From NCBI GenBank assembly GCA_013265495.1, contig MU057744.1:3051370-3115369 (forward strand): a DNA stretch of 64,000 nucleotides, in the 5' to 3' direction. Within the stretch, counting starts at the first letter, position 1; the number at the start of each line of letters is the position of its first letter. Shown piece after piece: positions 49,621 to 61,770 of the stretch. The notes under the pieces are model-generated. The model had not been told where the DNA came from and ran no database searches. It worked only from the letters and a program-made list of their open reading frames with translations. The translations under genes were made by a program, and so were the position numbers. The stretch is from Vicugna vicugna. Taxonomy: Eukaryota.

Positions 49621-52600
49621 GGTATCCCTTATTTAGCAATATGAATTTTTGGCAGTCTGAATTGCTGGATTAAAACCAAAAAGATTAAATATAACTGGAA
49701 TAAACATAAAACCCTATATTTAAATTTAAAATGTTATACATATAAAGATAAGAGAAGTGCAGTTTTACTTGGGGGAAAAAGGAGAAGAGGTCTGAGAATG
49801 TTAGTTGGCTGCAAACTTACATATAAGCCCGTTGTAGGATGTGGCGGCTAGAAACCTACCTCGGGCTCTTGCTGACTTACTGGAAACATCTCCACATGAC
49901 AGTCAGAGGTGTGCTTGCTGCGCTGGGCCCCTGGCCGAACTCCTGGAGAAATCTCGAGTTCCGCCCTGCGTGTCCACCTGTGCACGTCTCCTGGGGAAGA
50001 CACTCCGTGTGTGCTTCTCTGGACCAGCCCTGGCTCCGCCTTGTTCTTGGTTCCACCAGCTGCTGAGCCGCGCTCTCCCCGGCCCCTAACGGCTCTGCAT
50101 TGTTCAGACAGCCGGGAGCAGTCCTCTGACACCGAGTTGCTCTTCTCACCCCTCCTCAGGCCTCCTGTGAAGCCCTCCCGTTCCGGGCACCGCTGCTCTC
50201 ACCCCAGCCCAGATGGGGAGCTTTGGTTGTTGTAACTTCTCCTCTTTGCCTCTGCCCTTCTGACGCTCCCTGGTACCATGGCACCAGAGATGGGCTGACA
50301 GACCTCCCCGTCTGTCCTGTTCTGCTGTCTCTCCTGTTCAGGTCATAGCTAAGGTCACACCACCTAACATGCTAAAACAGGGACTTCACCTAACTATTTA
50401 GGAAGGGTTTGTTATTTTTTGTTTGTTTGTTTTCGTTTTTAAGTAAAAACTAGCAAAACTCACTGTGCATAAAGTCTTTGTTGAAAAAGAAAAGAAACAA
50501 GAAGATGACTCTGAATTAATATTTGGAACAGGAGTTTTCATAACCACTTAAATAACTGTGTGGGATGTTAACTGAAAGTTTAGAATAATTGAGTCCCTAA
50601 CAAGCGCGTTACTGGGGCCTTGTGTCTGAGAATGTAGCCAAGTAACACAATTTGAAGTTTAAGTAGAATTGCTGCAGATTTTCTGTCCTGAAAAACGAGC
50701 GTTCTGTCTGTTTCTGTGAGGAGGAGGGGTGCCGTTTTGACCCCCTCCTCCTTCTGGAGAGAAAATGCGCTCAGTGCAGCGGAAAGACAGCTGCCTCAGC
50801 TGAGGCCTGGGAGTCAAAGTTCAGAGCCCTGGATCCCTGCTTGAGAGCTCCGAGCTGGCAGAGCAAATGGGCCATATTTGCAGAGTGCCAGTCTTTTATT
50901 TTTCCTCTTGCAAGTTAGCATGCTTTCTGTGCCTGGCACTTTTTCACTGGACTTAGGACTTCTCACCGTGTCTTCACTAAAAATAGACGGAGTCTCTGAG
51001 GTGTGACACTGGTCCACTCCCTGCTGTCCCCAGATGCGGTGGCATGGCTGTATGGAGAATGGACGTTCGTCTTTGTATAGAAGGGTTGGGGCTTTTCCCT
51101 CAAAATTTAGCTAGTCTAGAAACATGCCCTTATAATCACTTGAGCATGAAGTGGTCTACCATGACTGACCTTAGAACTTCAGTATCCTTCTGCATCCACA
51201 GTTGCCCTGTCTTATTTCCTCAACAGAGATTGCCAGGTATTTTGTTTTTGTATTTTGTTTGTTTTTTAATCTTTATTCTAATGCCTGAAGGACCTGATTT
51301 CTCCGGTAGTTTCTAAAATTTGGGTGTCAGACCAACGTAATAATTAGATTCACTTGATTTATTTCTTACTTTAGAGCATTCCTTCTTAAAAAATAAAGCT
51401 CAAATATCGTATTTCATTTGGCTGAGATCAGTTCTGTGGTCTCTTTACTAGGCTTTCATAATGCAATATTGAGTTCATACCATCCAGAAAGACTATATTA
51501 ACTTACATTAAAAACTATAACTGTATTAATTTCAGCAGCTGCCCCCAAACGTTTCCCTTCTCCATTTCCAAGAATAGATGGCTAAATTTGTTTTTTTGTT
51601 TGTTTGCTTTTTTCATTTCCCCTTATATTTTACTGATTTCCCTTAAAGTATGTACTTATGGACCAACTCATAAACAGAAGAGCAATTTCAAATTTGTTGC
51701 CTATTTGTAACGTCACTTTAGAGAATATAGGCATTTTAAAAGTCAGGGTCAGATTTTCCCTGGAAGCACAACTTGAAGTCACTTGAGTTAAAAGATGAAT
51801 AATACCCTGAGTAGTTCTGGCTGGTGACTAGTCCAGTGAGGTAACATTTCTCAGCTAGAGGATTCATGTTAAGCCCTCAGTGAGTCCGAAGTTAAGCAGC
51901 ACAGCCACTGACAGAGACCTTCCTTCGGGGGACCAGAAGTCATTCCTGTAATGGCATGTGACTGCAGTCGATCAGCTGGCTATAAGCTGGTTCAAAAGCA
52001 GTCCCTAGCACCTGTAACCCTTATTTAAAAGCAATTGCTTTTAAGCCGTAATAAATCTCCAGAACTGTAATTATACCCTGATGTCCAGATCCACGGATAA
52101 GCAAGTTTATCATTTACTGCTTTACAAAACCACTTCACTTGTGCTCTTAGCTGTTTTCCGTATCAGTGGCATCTCTTTCCCCCTTTTAAACTGTATTAAT
52201 GATTATCATTGGGCTTGGGATGTATCAGAAAGTATTGTGAACCGTGTGAGTAGGTAGCCTTTCTCTCCCTTTTAATGTCCAAATCATTTTGCTAGGCATA
52301 AAGTATTTCTGTATTCTGTCTTTTGATACAATTTGACGTTATTAGTTTTAACCTTTGGAAATCAGAAGTGAAATACTTTTCAAACGACTCACTTGATTTA
52401 CAAGCAAGGGACTAAAACTGCATTTCTAAAACCAGCCAAATTTGATAAGCACAGTTGCACTAGTCGGGAGTTTGCTGACTTTTGTTTAAGGAGACTGAAA
52501 GTGATAGCAACAAAGCTATTCCCCAAATGGTTCATTTTCTATGTGTGGTATGTTATCGTGAGATGCATTGGCAGAGAAAACATTTTGCAAGATGTTTGTG

Positions 52601-55600
52601 TTTATAACAAGCACTGTCTGTATCTGAACAGGAATATCTTTAGTGTGAACATAGCAGTCATACTGTTGTACCTGTGGTTTCCTAACACCTGTGAGTTTAT
52701 TGTTATGGGATCAACTTGACGTTGGTGGAAAGGCTCGCATAAGTTCCAAGTCTGCTTAAGACTGTCTTCAGTGTTTCAAACTTTGATGGTATTTTGAGAA
52801 AGTGTAATTTCAGATACATTTGTGGCCATTTCTCAGCTTGATTAAAGTCTCATTATTTCATTTTTTTGAAGGCTAGAATTCCAGTTGCCTGCAGAAAACT
52901 GCCAGAGTGCACGATTAAAGTAGTTCAAGGAAGGAGGCAGTATTATTTTAATAACTGGAAGAGACTATGTTCTCAGAAGTATTTCCCATAGCTTAAGGAA
53001 TTGACATAGGCAACTTGACCTCTACTGTCTTAATCATTTATCTGTACTTTATTTGTATAATGCACAAAATCATTGGATTTATTTAAGTATTTGAAACTCA
53101 TGTATTTCCAAGATGTTTGTTATGTTAAAGCATTTCTCTAAGCCCAGTTCTTCAGGGTTGTGAGCATTGTAGGTAGTCACTGAAACTGTGTTTTATGTTT
53201 ATTTATTTGGGTGGAAGAGACTAGAATTTTCCTGAGACAAACAAATCTAAACCTACTTTAACCATTTTGCCGTAAGCTCCAGTGCTATTGGGAATTGGAT
53301 TATTCACCAGCGGAAAAATAGGTTCTGATATAAACATCGTTGTCAAATTGTAGTCCTGTTTTTCTATTTTATACTTGACTTCCTCAATTTTAGAGTTGAT
53401 TTTGAGAATACTGCAAGTTTTTGCAGACAGTCCCATAACTGGACACTGTTACACCACAGTCTTTCTTACTGTATGTTGTTACATGGTTACACTTAAGAGA
53501 CAGAACGTTGCCTGAAGCATACAGTGTCTTTGTACCAAGAATCAGTGTTAGTTCCTGCTTCTTAGTTTTAATTAGGGGGGGAAAGTCCACTTTCAAGTAC
53601 ATTTCACCTGAATGGGTTTGTAAAATTCAGAATTTAAAAAATTTGCTGTCCAGTGCTTCTTCCCTCTCTCGACTTTCACTAGACATTTGACATCTCCCGA
53701 AGTAAATCAATGCTGAGAAAACCCCTCTAGGAATGCCTTCTTTAAAGCTAGTAATTTTCCATCTCCTACTCTTTACAAGAAAAGCGTTTGCAAATCCTGG
53801 GACGTTTCACTTGTTCAGCAGTTGACACTTTAGGAACCTCCAACTCTGTGTAGGTGTTGAAGTAAATTTGAAACATGGAGGTGGAAGAAAAGCCATATGT
53901 CCCTAAAAGTTTTATTTTATTTTTTAAATGAAAGATGCTTCAAGTATGAAAGGAGAGACAGCAAGCAGCTCGTCCACAGGAAGAGTCCAGAGAGAGAGAG
54001 CCAGAGTAGAGCTTCTACTGTCTACAAAATTCTTAGCAAGAATAACATCATTGTTTTACATTGGAGACTATAGCAAATTTTACAAAACAGCCACATAACT
54101 ATGCAGTTACTTTTTGATGGATAGAAGAAATTATCAATGCTAATTGATCACCTGATGATATTTTATTTTAATTCATAAAGAAATTGATTAATTTTAAACC
54201 AGAGAGTGGACTCCAGCTCTAATCATCACATTTTGAGGAGAGATTTTTCTTGCAGCCGCATGGCTGCATCGTGGGCTCCCAGAGTGTGCAGCACTTTCTG
54301 AGGAAGCAGACGTACTCTCTGTGGATGATTTTGAAATAGGTTAATATTTAATGGACAGGAGTGCACAAAAATTTTTTTTCTTTGAGTATCTGCACATAAA
54401 TACAAATACTTTATATATTTGTTAGTGCTACACAAGTGACCCAACAATTTTTAATAAGATTCAGGGAACAGAAGCAAAAGAAATTTCATTTTTCTATGTG
54501 TTTCTATAGGGAGTGAAGGACAATCCAAGAACAAGAAACATTTCACAAAGAAAAACAATAGTTTTATTTTCCAAATAGCTCAGAGTTTAAGCAGAAGAAT
54601 CAAAATCAAAAGTGAAATAAATACATCTAAGTAAGTAACACTAAATTAAGCTAAAAGCTTTATGGGTGAAAATTCAATTATAATTCACTTCAACTTATGT
54701 TTTGGGACTATTCCTCTTTTTATATCATCCTACCATTTATTATCATCAAAACACATTTTTGTACAGTCCTACGAGCAGGGCCCTGGGGCTACAAGAAGGT
54801 ATGTGGTATTTTCTCTATCCTTCAGTGACTCCAGTCTGTTTTAACTTTCTGTGTTATGGAAAAATAATTGCACCTTTATTTTTGTTTCACTACCTTTATC
54901 GAGAGGGGAGTTGATTTCTGCAGGCTCACGTGGTACACAGTAGCAGTTACCAGAGGCTAACCGGTAGCAGCTACGGAGGAATCTTGTCCGGAGTGTGACA
55001 TGAACTCACAGTAATGACAGTAGTGCTACAAGTTTCTGCTCTCGTGGGCTTTGTCGTTGTGGTTCTTTTTCATGAAATCACTGCAAGTGAGCTTTCTCAT
55101 CATGAATTATTTCCAGTGCTACCCTTTGATTTCGTTAATCTCATGTTAACATTAGGCCTCACGACTGCTGGGTGGACCTGTGTTTATCCCGTTTATTCCC
55201 CCGGCCGTCCCGTGACCTCACTTCGAGCATACAGCCCTCATGCATTAGGATTTTCTTACCTCTGCTGTGGTTTTTGTTTTGTTACGTTTGGTTTTTTCCT
55301 ATGGGGAGCATTTCCTCTCTTCTTTAAAAGCCTGCGCTTTTGTGGACAGGACTGTGCCACAGTGTGTCTTGTGAGGGCACTAAGAAGAGAAAGGGCGGTT
55401 TGCTAGAGACTCCCCTCCTAAAACTGCAGCTCTGACAGTTGGGGCCTCTGACAACAGAGGTCCCTTGTGTGGTTCAGTGACAGTGCCTGGGGGCCGGCAG
55501 CTCTTTGGAGGACACTCTAGCAGAAGCTCGGCTTAGGCGTCCAGCCTTCCCGGTGCACTTCATTCCCATGCTTCGCCTCAGCAAGAGCCAGGGGCTCTGA

Positions 55601-56399
55601 AGGCGGAATCCCCAGTGACCGTCAGACAGGGGACTGGTGGGGTGGGCGAGGGCCCTCCTGCTCTGGGGGACGGGGCGGGAGGCCTCAGTCATCCTTGAGA
55701 CTGTGATTGTTGTGTTGTTGTTGTTTAGATTTCCCTGCCAGCAGAACAGAGGCTCCCAGTTGGATCTTTGTTGATTTAGAGAAAATCAGGGGCATGTTGT
55801 TTCCTGGCTCCCTTGAGCCTTGAGTGTGCCCTGAGAGACTCCCAGGTCCATTCTTTCATATTCTTGTGAAACTGGCGTAACGAAAAGGACTGGAGCTCAG
55901 GAGGCTCTGGTTCTGAGCCTGGGCTGCCACTTTGACTTCCTGTAAGGTGGGCCCAAATGCCTTCGTAACCGTCTTTGGATTGAAGTGATGTTCAGTCGAG
56001 TCTGCTACACCCATGCCCCCAGATTTAAAGGTGGGGTCACTGGGTTAAAAGCTCCTGATTAAGGATCAGACACGGCTGTGATGCAAGGACAGAGTCCCAG
56101 AGAACTCAGAGCAGGGTCTGTGCCCTAGACTCGTTTTGGGAAAGCACAGGAACAAAGGTTTCCATTTTACACTTTAATCGGCTCTCAGATTTTGAGCGGA
56201 TACAAACTGCTCTGAACTAATTTTTCCCTTTACACAACAAAGTGCTCCTAGCACGGGATAAACACAGGTCCACCCAGCAGTCGTGAGTCTCTCTTTTTTT
56301 CGAATTTGAGACTGTGGGCTATGAAGTCAGAACCCATGAGATTGTGGGCTAATCACGTCCTCCCCCAAGACCCAGTGCCGACCCAAAGAACACGGGGCC

Positions 56400-57173
56400 G
56401 GCTTCCCAGGCTGCCACCTCAGCTCCCGCACACCCTCTCACTTCAGCGCTTCCCCGGGTGCTCCCAGCTGCTCTCTCCTCCAGTGACCTCTCTCTGGGTG
56501 TCTTGTTCCTTCTCTGTGTCTCTCTCTCTTTTCTCCTTCCCACAGCGTACACTCAACTTTCTTCCCTGTGAAAAAGCTCCTTCCTCCGTCCTGCCGTCCA
56601 CGTGGACATTGCTCCCTACCTGCTCCCCCCGTCCCCTTGCCACAGGCCTCTTCCAAGTTTAGAGGGATGAACATTTCTTCGCCTCCCATTTTCAGCTCTG
56701 CCAACAGCAGTGAAGGTTCTGCCTTCTTCACCCAACACAGCTGCTCTTTCTCAGATAAGCAAAGACTGTCCAGGCCAGGTCACCTGGGCCCTGCTCTAAC
56801 CTCCTCCTGCCTGTCGTCTCAAGGCCCCACTGCACAACTCCCTCCTCCCGCAGTTTCTCCCACTTCTCGTCCTTTGTTCATCTCCTTGCAGGCTCCAGGC
56901 GGCTTTTCTTCCTCTCCAGGATCCTTAAACCTTAATAATTAATGTTCCACAGGTTTACTCCCCGGCCCTCTGCTTTTGTTTCCTGACACCATAGCCGAGG
57001 GCTTTCCATTCTTTCCCTTGGCTCTAACTTTGACCCGTTTGCTGGTTGTGCCCAAAGTTGATTTTCTACCCGTATGCTCTCCTGAGGCAGCATGAGACCC
57101 CAACCCAGTAACTTGCAGTACATGCCCCCAAGCTCCCCTCAGACATCACACATACACATAAGAGCTGACTTTC
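56400..57173 (+). mobile_element. Old L2 body, left part of a nested cluster
   Basis: Long pyrimidine-rich, L2-like sequence (CCTTCTTCACCCAA…TTCTCCCACTTCTCGTCC…GCTTTTCTTCCTCTCC…GCTGACTTTCCCC). Confidence 0.45.
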
Positions 57174-57189
57174 CCCTGAACCTACTTTT

Positions 57190-57952
57190 TTTCCCATTTT
57201 TTAAAATTGAAGTATAATCAGTTACAATGTGTCGATTTCTGATGTACGGCATAATGTTTCAGTCATACTTATGCATACATGTATTCCTTTTCATGTTCTT
57301 TTTCATTATAGGTTACTAAAGATATTGAATTAGTTGCCTGTGCTGTACAGTAGACACTTGTTGTTTGTCTGTTTTATGTATAGTAGTGTGTGTCTGCAAA
57401 TCTCGAACTCTCAGTTTATCCTTTCCCAGTCCCTTTTCCCCTGGTAACCATAAGTTTGTTTTCTGTGTCTGTGAGTCTGTTTCTGTTTTGTAAATAAGTT
57501 CATTTGTGTCTTTTTTTTTTTTTAGATTCCAAATGTGAGTGATGTCATATGATACTTTTCTTTCTCTTTCTGACTTACTTCACTTAGAATGATGATCTCC
57601 AGGTCCATCCATGTTGCTGCAAATGGCATTATTTCATTTTTTTTTTATAACTGAGTAATAGTCCATTGTATAAATATACCACAATTTCTTTATCCAGTCA
57701 TCTGCCGATGGACATTTGGGTCGTTTCCATATTTTGGCCATTGTAAGTAGTGCTGCTATGAACATTGGGGTGCATATATCTTTTTAGAGTTCCCTGTGGT
57801 TATATGCCCAGGAGTGGGATTGCTGGATCACATGGTAACTGTATTTTTAGTTTTTTGAGGAATCTCCATACTGTCCTCCATAGTGTCTGCACCAAACTAC
57901 ATTCCCACCAGCAGTGTAGGAGGGTTCCCTGTTCTCCACACCCTCTCCGGCA
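57190..57952 (-). mobile_element. L1 3' ~760 bp (artiodactyl/camelid type) with TSD
   Basis: ATTGAAGTATAATCAGTTACAATGTG…TTAGATTCCAAATGTGAGTGAT…AGGTCCATCCATGTTGCTGCAAATGGC…CCCAGGAGTGGGATTGCTGGATCA…ATTCCCACCAGCAGTGTAGGAGGG; TSD CCCTGAACCTACTTTT (57174-57189) / CCCTGACCCTACATTT (57953-57968). Confidence 0.95.
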
Positions 57953-58224
57953 CCCTGACCCTACATTTTAAAGTGAATTTCTTCTCCTGGTAAAAGCAGT
58001 GCCACCCGCCACCAAAACCAGGAGCCTCAAAGTTGTCTGAATACTTTCCTTGTGCCCTTTTCATATCCAGTTCAACACTAAGCCATAGTTAGCTTAGTGC
58101 TCAGATAATCTCTGGCACACTCCTCGCAGTCCTCCCCGCTGCTCCCTTTGCTCAGGCCCACATCATCTCAGCGCTGATGATGTCAGTGGCCCTCCGGAGA
58201 GTTAGTCGCCCTTGGCCACCCCAC

Positions 58225-58630
58225 CTGGTGTGTGCCGCACCCATCCTCCTGGGCTGAGCCCTGGGAAGCTGAAGCCCTGCAGGCCCTTCTTGAGCTAGGT
58301 CAAGGGGAGGCGCTGCAGGGGAAGGGAGGGCCAGGAGAGAGACTGGGTCCTTGTGCTTCTGGTTTGATTGCCTTTCTCTAGGGACACAGCTCCTCCAGGG
58401 AGGCCCTCCTTCCAGCCCCAGGTTCCTGCAGGCTCCAGTGTGGCTCCCTCCTGCCCTTTCTGCTTTGGGCCAGCGACAGATTTTCATTGTTACTGGTCTC
58501 TGGTACTCACCTCTGTTTTGTGGTTCTTTATCTCTGCTCACATTTCTGTGAATACCCCTTCGGTGAAGTGTCTTCTGTTAAACCCTTTGAGTCTGGCAAT
58601 CTGTTTCCTGCCAGGACTCAGACTCATGCA
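58225..58630 (+). mobile_element. ERVL LTR33-like solo LTR
   Basis: …GCTCCCTCCTGCCCTTTCTGCTTTGGG…TTGTTACTGGTCTCTGG…CTGCTCACATTTCTGTGAATACCCCTTC…TTTGAGTCTGGCAATCTGTTTCCTGCCAGGACTCAGACTCATGCA resembles the LTR33 3' end. Confidence 0.7.
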
Positions 58631-59894
58631 CCTTTTAACTAGTCTCGGTCTTTAGCTCTGTGTTTCTCCAATTCCTCCTCCAACCCTTACTGCAGAAGGA
58701 GCTTTTAAATGTAAATTTTTTGTCACCTATCTATTTAAGGCCCTGCAGCGATGTCTTTCACTCCAGAATGGGAATGAGGCTTCTGTGGCAAGCAATGTCC
58801 TCTGTGATTTGCAGCCTCCCCGGGTTTTCCCACCACCTGTCCCTTTTCAGGGTGGGCCTGATCACCTCTGAGCGCTGACAACCAAGTCCGCAGGGAAAGC
58901 CCTGCGTTCCGGACCTGGGAGACTAGAAGAACCCTGGCCCGGCGCTGCTTGATCTGCTGATTTGCTCCCCCAGGGCTGCCACCATGTGAACCCATAGGTA
59001 TTTTTTTCAGATTTTGTAGGTTAATATCCAAGAAAAGGAATGGAAATGAGAATGATTGCTTTTTTTTCCCAGTGGGTGGCTTTTTTTCTCAGAAGATGTA
59101 AAATTAGAAAAATTCCATTTTTCACAAAGACACGGAAGCTAAGAAAAGAGATATTAATTTCTGCTTTCTATCTTGCTTTCTTTCTTCTGTCTGTCTTTTC
59201 TCCCGTCTTCCTCTCTTTCTTAGCTCCATGTTTCATTTAGCATCAGTCTCTGGGCATGACATGCTTTCCCACATTATGTGAAGTGTACTTGGGGTTTTTA
59301 AACCCATCAGTTTAAATTATGCGTGTGAGAAAGGGGAGGAGAGATCTTTTGAAGCTCAGGGATAGGAGGCCAGAGCCATCTTTCTCACTTGAAGAACCAG
59401 TGGAGAGGAGTGTGTAGCTCCTCAAGTGGGTCTTCACATTTCGGGGAAGGCATTGATTTTCCTGTGGGAGTGAATCTCATGCTGGGACATTCCTTTCGCC
59501 AAGTCCCCCATCCTCCACTCACAGATCTTTTCCCGGTTAATCCATGGGGGTCTGGGCTGTTGGGTGATCGATGGGAGACTGAGGGAAGCAGGGACGGTGA
59601 GAGATGCAGGCACAAGGTAAGGACAGTGCTGGGTGGCTTCCTGGTCCGGAACACAAGCAGATGATTTCTGCGGCCTGACTGATCCCCTGTGACAGAAGAG
59701 GCTTTTAAACTACATTTTCTTCAAGGAAATGTCAATATGCAGGAAACCCTGGAGGTACTGAAGACCAGCGTGGGAAGGAATGGGAATGAGTTTAGAGCCA
59801 GATAAAGGGCATGTGTTCTAAAGAAACTTCGGGGCTTTCTACAGCTTTGTAGTCCTCCATCCACTTAGTGGGAAAAAATGGTAGGCTTATGAAA

Positions 59895-60000
59895 CCAAGA
59901 TGTGTGACATTGGACAAATTTTCCAAATTCTCTGAACCTCAGTCTTTTTCTGAAATAAGGGGGAATAGTCACCGCATGTACCTATTGTGATGACTCGATA
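59895..60000 (+). mobile_element. MIR fragment
   Basis: TGTGTGACATTGGACAAATTTTCCAAATTCTCTGAACCTCAGTCTTTTTCTGAAATAAGGGG. Confidence 0.7.
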
Positions 60001-60789
60001 CGGAAGGTAACCTAGAAACTCTCACAGGGCACGCAGCCTGAGTGCTCCTGGGTCAGGAACAGCTCCTGCTGCGTCCCTGGGCTGCTGTCATGGTGGTGAT
60101 TTAGATATTTCTGTGCTTTTCAGTGTCACCCACGTCTGTGCTTTTTGTGTTAATTCAGTCTCAGTCCATTTGCTTCTAGTTTTGCAGTGACTTCCACTGT
60201 GTTCACCTTCAGTTTAAAGCTTCCAGTGACTTGCTTTCTTCTCATAGGACCTTTAGTATATAAGTGCCCCAAATGCCTCTAAGTTGGCCCATTTTCTTTT
60301 TGAAAAATCATGTTTTGAGTAAGAAGAGTCACATCTGACTTTAAGATTATGATTTTATAATAAAAAAATTAATTTCAGTAACCACCCTGGACAGTTTTCG
60401 ATTTTGTTAGAGATGAAGTCTCCATTTAAGAGCATGAATTTTGGTGTGAAATGACAGCAGATTACTGGGAGTGTTTGCAATGCTGAACTAACACAAGTTT
60501 TCACTAGTGATGCATTGAGGTAGGAGAAAACGGATGATCTGTCTGCCCTGGGGTGCCGAGCCTGAACTCTAGAAAAATAGACAGAAGTGTTCGTCGATAG
60601 ATCTTTATGCAACAAAAAGGAGCACTTTAAATAACATGTAAACAGTAGATAACACATATTTTTGAATTAATGCTCAGTGTGCAAACATTTATTTATAAAG
60701 CCTAATGGAAGTGTGTCCATATAGGACTAGAAGCACGTTTCTAAACATCTGTGGGAAAAAAAATCATTTTTTGGAGCTGTTTGCAATGA

Positions 60790-61770
60790 TAGTGTAAGGA
60801 ACTTTCACCATTTCTGAGGGTACAGTTCAGTCGCATCAAGTACATACACGTTGTTGTGCAACTAGTCTGCAGAATTTTTCACTTTGCAAAACTGAGACCC
60901 TATACCTGTTAAACAGCACTTCCCCATTCCCGCCAGTCTTTGGTAATAACCATCATTCTGCTTTGTTTCTATATGTTGACTACTCTGCATATTTCATATA
61001 AGTGGAATCACGTTGTAGTTGCCTTTTTGTGACTGGCTAATTTCACTTAGCATGATGTCCTCAGGGCTCATACATGTTGTAACTTGTGTCCGAAGCTGAA
61101 TAGGCCACATGTGTGTGTGTCCACCACAGTCACTTATCCGTCATTTGTCGATGGACATTTGGGTGGCTTCCAGAACTCATGGCTGTTGTGTATAGTGTTG
61201 CTGTGAACATGGTGTGCAAATGTCTCTTTGAGATTCTGCTTTCAATGCTTTAGGATATATATACCCAGAAGTGGACTTGCTGGATCATGTGGCAGTTCTG
61301 TTTTTAATTATTTTTAAGAGCCTTCATACTGTTTTCCATAGTTGCAGCACCATTTTGTATTGCCACCAACAGTACACTTTTATTTCTCCACATCCTCAAC
61401 CACACCTGTTATTTTCTGTGTTTTTGATAGTGATCATCCTAGTGGGTGTGACTAGTATCTCACTGTGATTTTGATTTGCATTTCCTTAATGATTAGTGAC
61501 GTTGAACATCTTTCTGTCCGCTTATTGGCCATTTGTGTATCCTCTCTGGAGAAATGTGTCTTCTAGTCATTTGCCCATTTTTCAGTCAAGCTGTTTGTCT
61601 TTGTTGTTGTTGAGTTGCAGTAGTTCTTCACATTTTCTGGTTGTTAATCACCTGTCAGATGTATGATTTACAAATATTTTCCCTCATTCTGTGGGTTGCC
61701 TCTTCACTCTGTTGATTATGGTCTTTAATGCACAGTTTCAAATTTTGTTATAGTCCAATCTGTTTATCTT
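60790..61770 (-). mobile_element. L1MB-type element: ORF2 end plus 3' UTR, ~1 kb
   Basis: CACCATTTCTGAGGGTACAGTTCAG…TTTCATATAAGTGGAATCA…GATGGACATTTGGGTGGCTTCCA…ATACCCAGAAGTGG…TTTTGATTTGCATTTCCTTAATGATTAGTGACGTTGAACATCTTT…ACAAATATTTTCCCTCATTCTGTGGGTTGCC. Confidence 0.93.

Noticed and set aside
49865..49960. Peptide-level repeat LADLLETS / LAELLEKS in ORF 49841-50089
   Set aside because: Two short degenerate copies with no splice signals or known homology; likely chance.
55628..55685. G-run clusters that could form G-quadruplexes (also ~30957-31005)
   Set aside because: Common in GC-rich mammalian intronic DNA, with nothing indicating function here.
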